The notes under the pieces were generated by a model. It searched no databases. It saw only the letters and a program-made list of their open reading frames with translations, and was not told the DNA's origin. DNA of 64,000 nt, from the NCBI GenBank assembly GCA_963822965.1, contig CAWGJT010000014.1:64001-128000 (forward strand), in the 5' to 3' direction. How positions within the stretch are numbered: the stretch's first letter is position 1; each line of letters begins with the position of its first letter. Source of the DNA: an uncultured delta proteobacterium. Its GTDB lineage: Bacteria; Myxococcota_A; UBA9160; UBA4427. Shown here in pieces: positions 1 through 10,499 of the stretch. The position numbers were made by a program, and so were the translations under genes.

Positions 1-103
1 CGGGGCGCCATGACATCGCCGAGAACCGTCCACCCTCCTCTTCGCGCTGGCATCCCGACTACCGGGATGCATTCGAGGCATTCGAGCCGTGAACGTCGCC
101 GGG

Positions 104-1021
104 ATGTCCGAAGGGGAGCGGGGCGAGACCGGCGAAGCGCCTACCGAGCATCGCGTCCGGGCGAACGGCATCGAGCTTGCTTGGTTCGAGTGGGGAAGCG
201 CGTACCGCGGCACGGGGCCCACGCTTCTGCTCGCGCACGCCACGGGCTTCCACGCGCGCTGCTGGGATCCGGTGGTTCGGCGCCTCGGAAGGCGGCACGT
301 GATCGCGGTGGATCAGCGCAGCCACGGCCGCAGCGAGAAGGTCGCGATCACCCATTGGGACGTCTTCGGGCACGATCTGGCCGCTTTCGTCCGCGCGCTC
401 GACCTGTCCGAGGTCGTGGGCGTCGGCCACTCCATGGGTGGGCACGCCATGGTGGACGCCGCGGCGGCCGAGCCCTCTCGCTTCCGAAGCCTCGTGCTGA
501 TCGACCCGGTGATCGCCGCCCCGGGAGACTACGGAGAAGGCGGATGGGTGATCTCGGACGGCGAGCCGCATCCCACCGCGAAGCGCAAGCGCTACTTCGA
601 GTCGCCCGAGGCCATGATCGAGCGGTTTCGCGATCGGGTCCCGTATCGGGTGTTCCACCCCGAGGCGCTTCGCGCCTACTGCGACTTCGGGCTCCTGCCC
701 GTCGAAGGAGGCGAGGGCTTCGAGCTCGCCTGCCCGCCCGAGATCGAAGCCAGCATCTACATGGCCAGCCGGACGAATGCGGGGGTGCACGACAGCATCC
801 AGGCGATCGATCTGCCCGTGCTGATCCTGCGCGCGAAGCTCCCCGCCCCGGACCGGGACGTGATGGACTTCTCGTCGTCGCCGACCTGGCCGGGCCTCGT
901 GACGGAGTTTCGACGGGGTCGCGAGATCTACTTCGCGGATCGCACGCACTTCCTGCCCATGGAGATCCCCGGCAGGGTCGCGGAGCTGATCGTCGAGGAG
1001 CTGGCGGGCTCCGAGGCCTGA
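104..1021 (+). CDS. Alpha/beta fold hydrolase
   Basis: HATGF oxyanion motif, GHSMGG nucleophile elbow, C-terminal THFLPME His. Start could be GTG 89. Confidence 0.85.
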   Translation: MSEGERGETGEAPTEHRVRANGIELAWFEWGSAYRGTGPTLLLAHATGFHARCWDPVVRRLGRRHVIAVDQRSHGRSEKVAITHWDVFGHDLAAFVRALDLSEVVGVGHSMGGHAMVDAAAAEPSRFRSLVLIDPVIAAPGDYGEGGWVISDGEPHPTAKRKRYFESPEAMIERFRDRVPYRVFHPEALRAYCDFGLLPVEGGEGFELACPPEIEASIYMASRTNAGVHDSIQAIDLPVLILRAKLPAPDRDVMDFSSSPTWPGLVTEFRRGREIYFADRTHFLPMEIPGRVAELIVEELAGSEA

Positions 1022-1069
1022 CCCGCGCGGTCGAACCCCGCGCAGCCGATCGCCAGGCGACGCGTTCGA

Positions 1070-1993
1070 CTATCTGTAGACCCCGGCGAGGCCGCTCTGG
1101 GGCTCGGGCACGACGCGTTCCGCTTGCAGCCCGAGGATGTCGGACACGTTGCGGGCGATGGTCTCCCCGATGCCGTCCATCGGGAGATCGTTGGTGTCGT
1201 AGCCGAAGGGCTCCTCGATCTCGATGCCGATCTCCTCGATTCCGTAGAGCCCGTAGGCGACGATGGCGGCGCCCAGCGGCGTATACCAGCCCATGGTTTC
1301 GAGCAGGGCCAGCGGCGCGGTGAGGCAGAAGATCGAGAGGAAGCCCTTGATGTGCTGCGCGTAGGCGAAGGGAATCGGGGTCTTCATGATTCGTTCGGCC
1401 CCGCCCCAGAGGTCGATGAGATCGCTCACCTGGCAGTCGATCATGCGAACGCGCTGCTCCGAGAGGCGCCCCGCCCGGGCCTCCGCCGCGTAACAGTCGG
1501 AGAGCCACCGCGCCACCAGCAAGGGAGGTGCGCTGGCATGGGTGAGCTGCTCCCGCTCTTCGTCGTTCAGAAGATCGGCGAGCTCGGGCGCCTCGCGCTC
1601 GCGACGCAGCGAGCGCCGGATGGTGGCGAAGAGCGCGATGATGTAGTGGCCGATGCGTTCACGCATCTCCGGCGCAGAGTGGTCGAGATAGCTGGCCGTC
1701 TGGCGCGCGATGTCGCGCGTGTTGTTGACCATGGCGCCGATCAGGATCCGTCCCTCCCAGAAGCGGTCGTAGGAGGCGTTCGTACGGAATACCAGAAGCA
1801 GCCCCAGCGCCACGCCCACGATCGCATGCAGGGTGCGCGACACGGGCGGGTTCCAGCCGAGCCGGAGCTTCGCCCAGGTGAGGAGGGCGGCCACGGCGGT
1901 CACGAGCAGGACCCGCACCGCGATCCGCGGCAGCACCGACCCGTGGAACCGAAACAGGATTCGCAGCCATCGCCGCGTGTCGTACTCGATCAC
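1070..1993 (-). CDS. Bestrophin family ion channel (YneE-like)
   Basis: LLLVFRTNASYDRFWEGR, ERIMKTPIP and IEEPFG..NDLP motifs. Confidence 0.9.
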   Translation of the reverse strand: MIEYDTRRWLRILFRFHGSVLPRIAVRVLLVTAVAALLTWAKLRLGWNPPVSRTLHAIVGVALGLLLVFRTNASYDRFWEGRILIGAMVNNTRDIARQTASYLDHSAPEMRERIGHYIIALFATIRRSLRREREAPELADLLNDEEREQLTHASAPPLLVARWLSDCYAAEARAGRLSEQRVRMIDCQVSDLIDLWGGAERIMKTPIPFAYAQHIKGFLSIFCLTAPLALLETMGWYTPLGAAIVAYGLYGIEEIGIEIEEPFGYDTNDLPMDGIGETIARNVSDILGLQAERVVPEPQSGLAGVYR

Positions 1994-2172
1994 CGAGGCT
2001 CTCCCGAAGGGCGACTTGCGACCGCGTCACGCTCAGTCTACACGAGGGAAGCCCCCCGAACGTGACGCGAAGCGCCTTCCTTCGGGACTGCTCGCGACCT
2101 CCGAGCGGGGAGGTCGCTACCCTGGCCGAAGGTCCGGGACGCCGCAACGGCGGCACCAAAGCGGAGGAACCC

Positions 2173-3339
2173 ATGGATTTTGCGCTCGACGAAGAGCTTC
2201 AGGCCATCCGCGACGAGAGCGCCCGCATCGCCTCCCGCTTCGACGACGACTACTGGTCCCGGCGGGACGAGCAGCACGAGTTTCCCTGGGACTTCTACAA
2301 CGCCTTCGCGGAGCAGGGCTGGTTGGGCATCCTGGTGCCCGAGCAGTACGGGGGCGCCGGCCTCGGGACGCTCCACGCCGGCATGCTCCTGGGCGCCGCC
2401 GCCCACAGCGCCGGGGCGCAGAACGCCGCCTCGACGCTGCACATCTCGATCTTCGGCATGGCGCCGGTCATCCACCACGGCTCGGACGAGCTCAAGCAGC
2501 GAACGCTCCCGCCCACGGCTTCGGGGGAGCTGCACGTCTCCTTCGGCGTGACGGAGGACGACGCCGGCACGGACACGAGCCGCATCCGCACGTTCGCGCG
2601 CCGGGACGGCGATCGCTTCCTCGTGAGCGGCAAGAAGGTGTGGAACACCAAGGCGCAGCAGGCCCAGAAGATCCTGCTGCTCGCCCGCACGACGCTGCGC
2701 GAGGAGTGCGCCCGGCCGCTCCAGGGGATGACGCTCTTCCTGGCGGACCTCGACCGCGACTACTGCGAGATCCGCGAGATCCCCAAGCTGGGACGCAACG
2801 CGGTCAACTCGAACGAGGTGTACATCGAAGACCTGCCGGTGTCCGTGAACGACGTGGTTGGCGAGGTGGGCCGCGGCTTCTACCACCTGCTCGACGGTCT
2901 GAATCCGGAGCGGATCGTGATCGCCGCCGAGGCGGTGGGGATCGGTCGCCGCGCGATCGAGGTGGCCACCCGCTACGCGCGCGACCGCATCGTCTTCGAC
3001 CGTCCCATCGGCCAGAACCAGGCGATTGCCCACCCGCTGGCCGAGTCGCTGTCCGAGCTCGAGGCCGCGGACCTGCTGTGGCAGAAGGCGGCCTGGGCCT
3101 ACGACAGCGGGCAGCCCGCGGGCGCCCTCGCCAACATGGCGAAGCTACGGTGTAGCGAGGCGGCCTTCACGGCCTGCGACCGCGCGCTGCAGGTGTTCGG
3201 GGGGTTTGGATACGCGCGGGAGTTCCACGTCGAGCGCTACTGGCGCGAGGCACGGCTCGCGCGCATCGCCCCCATCTCGAACGAGATGGTGCGGAACTTT
3301 CTCTCGGAGCACGTGCTCGAGCTGCCCCGCAGCTACTGA
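2173..3339 (+). CDS. Acyl-CoA dehydrogenase
   Basis: FGVTEDDAGTD, G.KVWNT, FDRPIGQNQAI and QVFGGFGY motifs; GGAGG RBS upstream. Confidence 0.92.
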   Translation: MDFALDEELQAIRDESARIASRFDDDYWSRRDEQHEFPWDFYNAFAEQGWLGILVPEQYGGAGLGTLHAGMLLGAAAHSAGAQNAASTLHISIFGMAPVIHHGSDELKQRTLPPTASGELHVSFGVTEDDAGTDTSRIRTFARRDGDRFLVSGKKVWNTKAQQAQKILLLARTTLREECARPLQGMTLFLADLDRDYCEIREIPKLGRNAVNSNEVYIEDLPVSVNDVVGEVGRGFYHLLDGLNPERIVIAAEAVGIGRRAIEVATRYARDRIVFDRPIGQNQAIAHPLAESLSELEAADLLWQKAAWAYDSGQPAGALANMAKLRCSEAAFTACDRALQVFGGFGYAREFHVERYWREARLARIAPISNEMVRNFLSEHVLELPRSY

Positions 3340-3416
3340 GCGAAGAGCATCTTCGTGTATGCTGGCGGTGCTGCCGCGGCGCGGTCGCGGCGCCACGATC
3401 GAGGGAGGGATGAGCC

Positions 3417-3596
3417 ATGATCCAAGGACTGTTGGGGCTGATCATCCTGCTCGCCGACGTCTGGGCCGTCGTCAACGTGGTCCAGAGCCGGGAGTCGACC
3501 GGCACCAAGGCGCTGTGGGTGGTTCTGGTCGTCGTGCTGCCGGTGCTGGGGCTCGCCATCTGGTACTTCGCGGGGCCCCGCTCGGCTTCCGGCTGA
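3417..3596 (+). CDS. Small membrane protein, PLDc N-terminal domain type (59 aa; not in ORF track)
   Basis: Hand translation MIQGLLGLIILLADVWAVVNVVQSRESTGTKALWVVLVVVLPVLGLAIWYFAGPRSASG; K.LW...LP.LG...W...G pattern; GGAGG upstream. Confidence 0.8.
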   Translation: MIQGLLGLIILLADVWAVVNVVQSRESTGTKALWVVLVVVLPVLGLAIWYFAGPRSASG

Positions 3597-3619
3597 GGTC
3601 GACGGCCCGACCCTCTTCG

Positions 3620-4456
3620 CTAGACCATGTACGCGTCGCCCGACGCCCGCACCGTCAGGTCGCTGATCGAGACGCCCCAGGGCTGGTCGATGGCGAACAC
3701 GACCTGATCGGCGAGGATCTCGGGCGCGAGCGAGTAGTAGGCGATCTGCTCGGGATCCGTGAGCTCGGGGCGCGCCTCTCCCGTCATGGTCTGCGTGAGA
3801 GTCTGCACGAAGGACTCCGTCTGGCCCCCGAGGATTCCCCCGATCGCATCCGGATTGAGGACGCCCGCTCCGAGTCCCGTGCCCGGCACACCGGTCGGCC
3901 GGATCGTCGTGACCTTGATGCGGCCCTGGGACTCCTGCCGAAGCGCCTCGGACAGGAAGTTGACCGCCGCCTTGGTGGCGCCGTACACGGCGGCGCCGGC
4001 GAGCGGGTAGTTGCCGTAGATCGAGGACAGGTTGACGACGTGCCCGCGTCCCTGGGCGATCATCTGGTCGTACACCGCGACGATTCCGTGGAGCACGCCC
4101 TTCACGTTGACGTCGATGCAGCGATCCCACGCCTCGGCGGCGACGGCGTGGTCCGCGTAGAAGGCCAGGGGCATCACGCCTGCGTTGTTCACCAGCACGT
4201 CGATGGCGCCGAAACGCGCGACGGCGGCGCCGGCTGCCGCCTGCATGTCGGCCAGCCGCGATACGTCGGCGCGAACCGCTTCCACGGCTCCCCCGGCGTT
4301 CTCGATGTCCTCGCGCGTGGTGGCCAGGGCCACATCGTCCACGTCCGCGGCCACGACGAGCGCCCCGCGCGCAGCCGTCTTCTGCGCCACCAGGCGCCCG
4401 AACCCGCCGCCGGCGCCGGTGACGAGAATGACTTTGTCCTTCAGGTGGTCCGTCAC
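3620..4456 (-). CDS. SDR family oxidoreductase
   Basis: TGAGGGFG, NNAG and YGATK motifs. Confidence 0.92.
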   Translation of the reverse strand: MTDHLKDKVILVTGAGGGFGRLVAQKTAARGALVVAADVDDVALATTREDIENAGGAVEAVRADVSRLADMQAAAGAAVARFGAIDVLVNNAGVMPLAFYADHAVAAEAWDRCIDVNVKGVLHGIVAVYDQMIAQGRGHVVNLSSIYGNYPLAGAAVYGATKAAVNFLSEALRQESQGRIKVTTIRPTGVPGTGLGAGVLNPDAIGGILGGQTESFVQTLTQTMTGEARPELTDPEQIAYYSLAPEILADQVVFAIDQPWGVSISDLTVRASGDAYMV

Positions 4457-4570
4457 GGCGTTGCTCTCCTCTCTCGGCTCGTAGATGGCTGCGTTCGCGT
4501 GCGGGCGCCACCGCCCGGCCTCCGGAGCCGGCCCGCACGGCGAGGCGTCGACGGGGCGGATCGTTCGTGC

Positions 4571-4990
4571 TCAGGGCGAACCGGGACAGCTCGCGATCTT
4601 CGTCTCGATCCGGTCGACGTTCTCGAGCTCGAGGTGCAGCGTGTCGTCGCCGGCTCGGATCTCCAGCACCTTGCCCTTCCAGGCGGGTCGTCGCGCCAGC
4701 ACCTGGCGGATCGGGACGAGGTGCGCGTCGATGTCGCTGCGGTGCTCGCAGAAGCAGGCGCCCTCTGCGACGTCGGCCTCCTCGCCCGCGTCCATGTGCT
4801 CCTGCACGCAGGGCATCAGGATGCCGAGCGAGATCCCGAACAGGCCCTCCTGCACGATCTGGGCGTCGGCCCGGGCGTCCGGGCCGACGGTGATCGTGTC
4901 GGCCGCGAACGCGAACCCGCCGACCATCCCGAGCAGCGCGGCGGCGGCGGCCCCCGCGACCCACGAGCTCGCGCGGGTCTTCGAATCCAC
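4571..4990 (-). CDS. Hypothetical secreted protein
   Basis: Signal-peptide-like N-terminus (..AFA|AD), AGGAGG RBS, several Cys. Confidence 0.6.
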   Translation of the reverse strand: MDSKTRASSWVAGAAAAALLGMVGGFAFAADTITVGPDARADAQIVQEGLFGISLGILMPCVQEHMDAGEEADVAEGACFCEHRSDIDAHLVPIRQVLARRPAWKGKVLEIRAGDDTLHLELENVDRIETKIASCPGSP

Positions 4991-5240
4991 GTCCCCTCCT
5001 CCTCGGGCGACCGGATGGCCGCGAACGGGTGAGGCGGGATCCTATCCCAGGCGCCCTCCCGCGACGCCCGGTCTCGAGACGACCGGCAGGGCCACGGCAG
5101 GTCGCCGGCACCTTCGGGTCGGGGAGCCCGCGCGGAGGGCGCTGGCTCGCCCACGGGGCGGGGGTCCTTCAGCGTCGATCGAGCACGGCCGATGAGCTCC
5201 GTTGGGCGGGCATATCGCCCCGCCACGGAGCCTCTTGGCC

Positions 5241-6089
5241 ATGAACACGGGCTTGCGATCGATCGGAATCGCGCTGGCGTGCTGCCTCGGCGCGGTCGTC
5301 CTGGCTCCCGCGAGCCAGGCGCTTCCCATCGCCTACTGGCGGATGGAGGTCGACGACGACCCCACGCCGAACGGGCTCTCGGTTCCGAACGAGCTGGCCT
5401 TCGGCACCCCCCTCGTCTCGGCCGAGGCGGCGCTCGACGGCTCGAACCTGCCGACGACGCTGGTGCCCCTGTCGAGCGATCCGAACGTCTTCAGCGTCGG
5501 TGCCACCGCCCAGGGCGGCACGAACGGCATCAACGCCGCGGCGGCCTGGTACCCGGAGCTCGCCGTGACCAGCATCTCGATCGAGTTCTGGGCGCGCACC
5601 CAGGAGAGCGTCGCCACGCCCTTCCGCTGGACGACGGGTGGCGCGGACGGCATCGTGTTGACCGATCCGAACAGTCTCGATCTCACCTGGTACGTCGACG
5701 TTGCGGGAACCCCGACCGCGCTCCAGATGACCAATCTCGACAACATGGACACGAACTGGAGCCACTACGCGTTCACCTACTCGGAAGTGAACGGCCTGGC
5801 ACGCTTCTATCTCGACGGCGTGCTGGTGCAGAGCTTCGACGGTCCGGATGGCGCGCCGCTGGTGATCGTGCCGGGGACGCCCGTCGAGCTGGGCGTCCTG
5901 ATGGACTTCGCGAGCGCCGGCCAGGGCACCCTCGACGAGGTGAAGATCGACGGCTCGGTGCTGTCGCCCGCCGAATTCCTGCTGCCCGAGCCCTCGACGG
6001 CCCTGCTGATGGCAGTCGGTCTCTCCCTTGCGCTCGTCGCTCCCGGGCGCGAAGGCTCGACGGCCCGGTTCGGCCGACGAAGTCGCTAG
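5241..6089 (+). CDS. PEP-CTERM protein with LamG/concanavalin-like domain
   Basis: Signal peptide; SIEFW, WSHYAFTY...YLDG and GTLDEVKI LamG-like motifs; LPEPST followed by a TM helix and basic tail. Confidence 0.75.
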   Translation: MNTGLRSIGIALACCLGAVVLAPASQALPIAYWRMEVDDDPTPNGLSVPNELAFGTPLVSAEAALDGSNLPTTLVPLSSDPNVFSVGATAQGGTNGINAAAAWYPELAVTSISIEFWARTQESVATPFRWTTGGADGIVLTDPNSLDLTWYVDVAGTPTALQMTNLDNMDTNWSHYAFTYSEVNGLARFYLDGVLVQSFDGPDGAPLVIVPGTPVELGVLMDFASAGQGTLDEVKIDGSVLSPAEFLLPEPSTALLMAVGLSLALVAPGREGSTARFGRRSR

Positions 6090-7519
6090 ATCTCCAGGCC
6101 GGCCAGCCGGAGGCTCTCGATCAGGTAGTCCACCACCTCGTCGGCGGCGAAGACGCGAACGGGATCGAGGGTGGCTTCGGGGAAGCGCGCGTGCAGCTCG
6201 GCCGCGGCGGCGCGGGCCTCTTCGTCGCGGCCCAGGCGCGCCAGCGAGGCGGCGATCAACGGCTCGTAGGAGAAGCCCGCGTCGCCCCCGCTCGCCATGC
6301 TCTGGCGAGCCATCGCGATGGCCTCCTCGTGACGACCCGCGAGGTGGCACGCCATCGCGATGGTCCCCTCGAAGTCGTGCCGCATCGGGTCGCGCGGCGA
6401 GAGCCGCAGCGCCCGGCGGAAGCACGCGAGCGCAGTCTCCGCGTTCTCGAGAGAGAGGACGGAGAGCCCATACGCGAAGCTGGCGAGCGCAGAGCTCGGG
6501 TCCAGCTCGAGTGCGCGCTCGAGCGTGAGCAGGCACTCTTCGGGCTGCCGCAGCAGCCCGAGCAGCCCGCCGAGGACTGTCAGCGCCGCCGCATCCACCG
6601 GATCGAGTGCCACGGCCTTTCGCGCCGCATCGAGCGCCAGGCGGATCGAGGCCGCCGGATCGCCGCCGTAGCCGAGCATGGCGTCGGTCGTGTGGCTCAT
6701 GGCGATGGCGGTGAAGGCCGGCGCGAAGGTGGGGTCGAGCTGGAGCGCCCGCTCGAAGAGCGCGCGGCTGTCGCGGATCTCGCTCTCGAGGAAGCGATAG
6801 TAGTGATGAAGTCCCCGCTGCAGGCACTCCCAGGCGCCGAGGTCGGGCGCCGGGAGCCGCGCCGCTCGCAGGCGCTCCACGTGCGCCAGCGTCGGCGCCA
6901 GCGCCGCCACGATCGTCTCCACGATCTCGTCCTGGATGGCGAAGACGTCGGCCACGGCGCGGTCGTATCGCTCGGCCCAGACGTGGTTGCCGCTCTCGGC
7001 GTCGATCAGCTGGGCGGTGACGCGCACCCGATCGCCGGCGCGCCGGGAGCTTCCCTCGATGACGTAGCGCGCCCCGAGCTCGCGACCCAGCTGGACCACG
7101 TCCACCGCCCGCTTGTCCTCCCGGTACGCGAACGTCGAATTGCGTGCGATTACGGGAAACCAGCGCCAGGAGGACAGGCGCGTGATCAGGTCCTCCACCA
7201 GGCCGTCGGCGAAGTGGCGCTGCTCTTCGCCCCCGCCGAAGTCGTCGAAGGGGAGGACCGCGATCGCCGGACGTCGGCCGAACCCGGGCACGGACGCCTC
7301 CTCGCCGACGTCACGGACGTTCAGCTGCTCGATGAGCCCCACGGCCTCGGTCCGGTTCGCGACGTCGAGGGCCTGCAGGACGGCAGAGACGTGGTTCTTC
7401 GCCGTCGCGCGGGCGATGCCCAGCACCCGCGCGATGTCCGCGTTGGTGAGCCCTTTCGCGATCAGCTCGAGAACTTCGAGCTGCCGTGGGGTGAGCTGGG
7501 GCGCCGCGCCGCTGGCCAT
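6086..7519 (-). CDS. LuxR HTH + TolB-like N-terminal + TPR regulator
   Basis: LTPRQLEVL..TNADIA..TAKNHVS HTH; IAVLPF...FADGLVEDLIT...VIARNSTF domain; TPR-like repeats. Confidence 0.85.
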   Translation of the reverse strand: MASGAAPQLTPRQLEVLELIAKGLTNADIARVLGIARATAKNHVSAVLQALDVANRTEAVGLIEQLNVRDVGEEASVPGFGRRPAIAVLPFDDFGGGEEQRHFADGLVEDLITRLSSWRWFPVIARNSTFAYREDKRAVDVVQLGRELGARYVIEGSSRRAGDRVRVTAQLIDAESGNHVWAERYDRAVADVFAIQDEIVETIVAALAPTLAHVERLRAARLPAPDLGAWECLQRGLHHYYRFLESEIRDSRALFERALQLDPTFAPAFTAIAMSHTTDAMLGYGGDPAASIRLALDAARKAVALDPVDAAALTVLGGLLGLLRQPEECLLTLERALELDPSSALASFAYGLSVLSLENAETALACFRRALRLSPRDPMRHDFEGTIAMACHLAGRHEEAIAMARQSMASGGDAGFSYEPLIAASLARLGRDEEARAAAAELHARFPEATLDPVRVFAADEVVDYLIESLRLAGLEI

Positions 7520-9612
7520 CGGGGCGATCCTAGCCAGTCGGCTCGGGGGCCCCAACGGGGACGGTCCGCAACGCCAGCCCCGCGTCTTCGTGCCAGCCCC
7601 GCGAGCACGCCGGCTCCGGCGAGCAGCCCCACCACCGTGCCGGGCTCGGGCACCGCCACGGGCTGGTAGCGCACCTCGAGCCGCGGCCCGGCGATGGGGG
7701 AATCCGGTGGCACGAGGTTGATCTTGAAGCTGAGCTCCTCGGGCGCGGCGAACGTGACGTCGTCCACGTCGAACGCCGTGCGCAGGCCCAGCCGGGTGAC
7801 GCCCGCATCGTCGATCCAGGAGAGGCCCGTGGCGTTCAGCACGAGCTCGATATCACCCTGCGGCGCGTACGTATCGCTCACGTCGATGCGCGGGGCGCCT
7901 TCGGGTGGGGCGTCGATCGGCGGGAAGGCGCCGTAGTCCGAGCGATCGCGGACGGCCGGCTCCGGGTCGTCGGTCTGGACCAGCACGAGCTGGTCGGCGG
8001 AGTCTGGATGCGTGTTCTGGTAGGGGGCGCCGAAGGCGTCGTAGCGCAGGCGAAGGACGGCCGAGTCGATGGCGGTCCCGTCCGGGAGGGCGGACGTGTC
8101 GAAGGGCAGGACCATGCGCCACAGGATCGAGCGGTCGGTACCCGAGAAGTTCTGGGCGGCGCCGAGGAAGCCCCGGCTCGCGGTGAGCAGGGTGGCGGTG
8201 GTGAGCTCGCGCGCGTAGGCCCAGGTCGAGGCGTTCCGGTAGAGCCCCATGTCGACGGGCGCCACGCTCAGGAACGATGCGGTGCACAGCCCGCTGGCAT
8301 CGTCGAAGGTATCGCCCGGCGCGCACTGGGCCGGCCCGCAGGCCGAGGTGTCGAAGCCGCAGGCGGACGAGCACGCGAGGGCACCGCTCGTGAAGCCCTG
8401 CGACGCGCAGGTGGCACCGCCCAGATCGGCGCCGTCACAGGCCTCGCCGACGGCGGGGTCGCGCACGCCGTTGCCGCAGTACTGGTCGATCGTGACCTGG
8501 ACCTCGAGCTGGTCTCCCACCATGCCGAGGGTCTGGATGTGGACGCCGTGAAGGGCGTCCGTGAAGGTCTGCCCTGCCTCGAGCAGCACGTCCGCGGAGT
8601 CGGCCACCTGGGCGCCGCCGCCGGGCTTCGCGTCGAGCAGCAGGGAGGCGCCCAGCGCCGCGCTGGTGAACTCGGGGAAGTAGTGGGTGCCCAGGTGGAG
8701 CATGGCGCCGTCGGTCGCGAGCTCCGGGAAGCCCGCGTCGAAGCCCAGGGGCTTGCGGTAGCTCACGTAGTAGTGGTCGGCCTCGCGGTAGTCGTCGATG
8801 GTCCGCTGGACCGGGATCCGCAGCACCTTCGTGCCCGTGCCCACGGTCTCGTAGGGCTCGAGCAGGAAGGTGCCGCCCGCCGGCGGTACGTCGACCGACC
8901 CGGTGCCGAGCCACCCGAGGGCCTGCTTGCAGGGCGGCGTGAAATGCCCGCCCGAGCCGCTGGACCCCATGCGGTCGTAGCGGTCCGTGCCCGTCTGCGT
9001 ACAGCTCGTGCCGATGGTATCGGCGCCGCACTCGTAGTCGGCGGAGTGCTGCAGACCGGCGAAGCTGTGACCCAGCTCGTGGGCGGTGAGTGCGGCGACG
9101 TTGGCGGTCGCCGGGCCGTTCAGGATGATGCGCGAGAGCTGCACGCTGCCTTCGGCGGAGGCGAAGGTCGCCTTGCCCAGGGTGCTGTAGCCCGCGAACC
9201 CGCAGCTCGGGTTGTTGGGAATGACGATGATCCAGCGGTCGACGGTCGAGAAGTCGATCAGCGGGTCGAGCTCGTCCACCAGCCGCTGGGTCCCCGAATC
9301 GGTGCGCACGAGGCAGCTCGCGTCGTCGTAGCTCGCCGACAGCCAGCCCTGCACGCTGCCCGAGAGCCAGGCCAGCCCGTAGGAGACCTCCAGCACGTAG
9401 GAGGCGGCCGACGCGGGGTTGGTCTCGTCCAGGATCTCGGCGTCGATCTCGCCGGTCGTGTAGGGCGCCCTTGGGTCGTTCGCGAAGTTCACGAGGGTGA
9501 CGAGCGTGCGCTGCTCGCCCAGGGTCTGGGCGCTGGCAACCCGGGGAAGCACGAGCAGGCACGAGGCCAGAAGGAGTCGGACGCCGAGGCGGACGGTGTG
9601 GTCGATTCGCAT
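7462..9612 (-). CDS. Secreted PEP-CTERM zinc metallopeptidase (M6/M11-like) with Cys-rich repeat
   Basis: Signal peptide; AHELGHSFAGLQHS and a downstream D.MG Met-turn-like motif; CGNGVRD..EACDG repeat; VPEPGT + TM + RRR. Confidence 0.75.
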   Translation of the reverse strand: MRIDHTVRLGVRLLLASCLLVLPRVASAQTLGEQRTLVTLVNFANDPRAPYTTGEIDAEILDETNPASAASYVLEVSYGLAWLSGSVQGWLSASYDDASCLVRTDSGTQRLVDELDPLIDFSTVDRWIIVIPNNPSCGFAGYSTLGKATFASAEGSVQLSRIILNGPATANVAALTAHELGHSFAGLQHSADYECGADTIGTSCTQTGTDRYDRMGSSGSGGHFTPPCKQALGWLGTGSVDVPPAGGTFLLEPYETVGTGTKVLRIPVQRTIDDYREADHYYVSYRKPLGFDAGFPELATDGAMLHLGTHYFPEFTSAALGASLLLDAKPGGGAQVADSADVLLEAGQTFTDALHGVHIQTLGMVGDQLEVQVTIDQYCGNGVRDPAVGEACDGADLGGATCASQGFTSGALACSSACGFDTSACGPAQCAPGDTFDDASGLCTASFLSVAPVDMGLYRNASTWAYARELTTATLLTASRGFLGAAQNFSGTDRSILWRMVLPFDTSALPDGTAIDSAVLRLRYDAFGAPYQNTHPDSADQLVLVQTDDPEPAVRDRSDYGAFPPIDAPPEGAPRIDVSDTYAPQGDIELVLNATGLSWIDDAGVTRLGLRTAFDVDDVTFAAPEELSFKINLVPPDSPIAGPRLEVRYQPVAVPEPGTVVGLLAGAGVLAGLARRRGAGVADRPRWGPRADWLGSPRWPAARRPSSPHGSSKFSS

Positions 9613-9804
9613 GGCCCGCAGGCTACGGGCCGTTCCCGGGCCGGGGTATGAGCCGGATGGCCCATTCGGGGTCCCGCGGGAAGACCCGGCGAGTGGGCGG
9701 GGACGGTCCGGACGGCTCTCTCCCGGTCGACGTCGATCGCAGGCCGAGAAGCACGACGATCGGTGGCCCGCCGGCATGGTAGGTTCGCTGCCGGAGGACC
9801 TTCC

Positions 9805-10476
9805 GTGCTCGAGCTCACCCCCGACCAGCTCCTCACCACGACCCGCAGCGTGCGCAAGCGGCTCGACTTCGACCGCCCGGTCGAACGGCGCGTGGTTTCG
9901 GCGTGTCTGGAGATCGCCCTGCAGGCGCCCAACGGCGGCAACATGAACGGCTGGCGCTGGATCGCCGTCGACGAGCCGGCGCTCGTCGCGAAGATCGCCG
10001 ACGTTTACAACGCCGGCCTCGACGACTACATCGACACCTTCGGTGACGCGGGCTACCCGGGAGCCGGCGTGCCCGGCGCCGATCGCATCGCGTCCTCGAC
10101 CCAGCACCTGCGTGACAACCTCCACCGCTGCCCCGTGGTCGTCGTGCCGCTCCTCGCCGGGCGCACCGACGGCCAGGGGCCGCTGCCCGACATGACGAAC
10201 AGCTTCTACCAGGCGAGCCAGTGGGGCTCGATCCTGCAGGCCGTGTGGAGCTTCATGCTGGCGTTGCGCGCCCGCGGTCTCGGCAGCGCCTGGACGACAG
10301 GTCACCTGTGGCGCGAGCGCGAGATGGCCGAGCTGCTGGGCATCCCCTACGAGATCTACATGCAGGCCGGGCTCTTCCCGGTCGCCTATACGATCGGGAC
10401 GGACTTCAAGCCCGCCCGCCGCAAGCCGCTCGGCGAAGTGCTCTCCTGGAACGGATTCGAAGGAGCCCCCGCGTGA
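9805..10476 (+). CDS. Nitroreductase family protein
   Basis: TTRSVRKRLD, QAPNGGN..W and LRARGLGSAWTT motifs; GGAGG RBS before GTG. Confidence 0.9.
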   Translation: MLELTPDQLLTTTRSVRKRLDFDRPVERRVVSACLEIALQAPNGGNMNGWRWIAVDEPALVAKIADVYNAGLDDYIDTFGDAGYPGAGVPGADRIASSTQHLRDNLHRCPVVVVPLLAGRTDGQGPLPDMTNSFYQASQWGSILQAVWSFMLALRARGLGSAWTTGHLWREREMAELLGIPYEIYMQAGLFPVAYTIGTDFKPARRKPLGEVLSWNGFEGAPA

Positions 10477-10499
10477 CCGCCGTCCCCGCTCCGCGAAGC

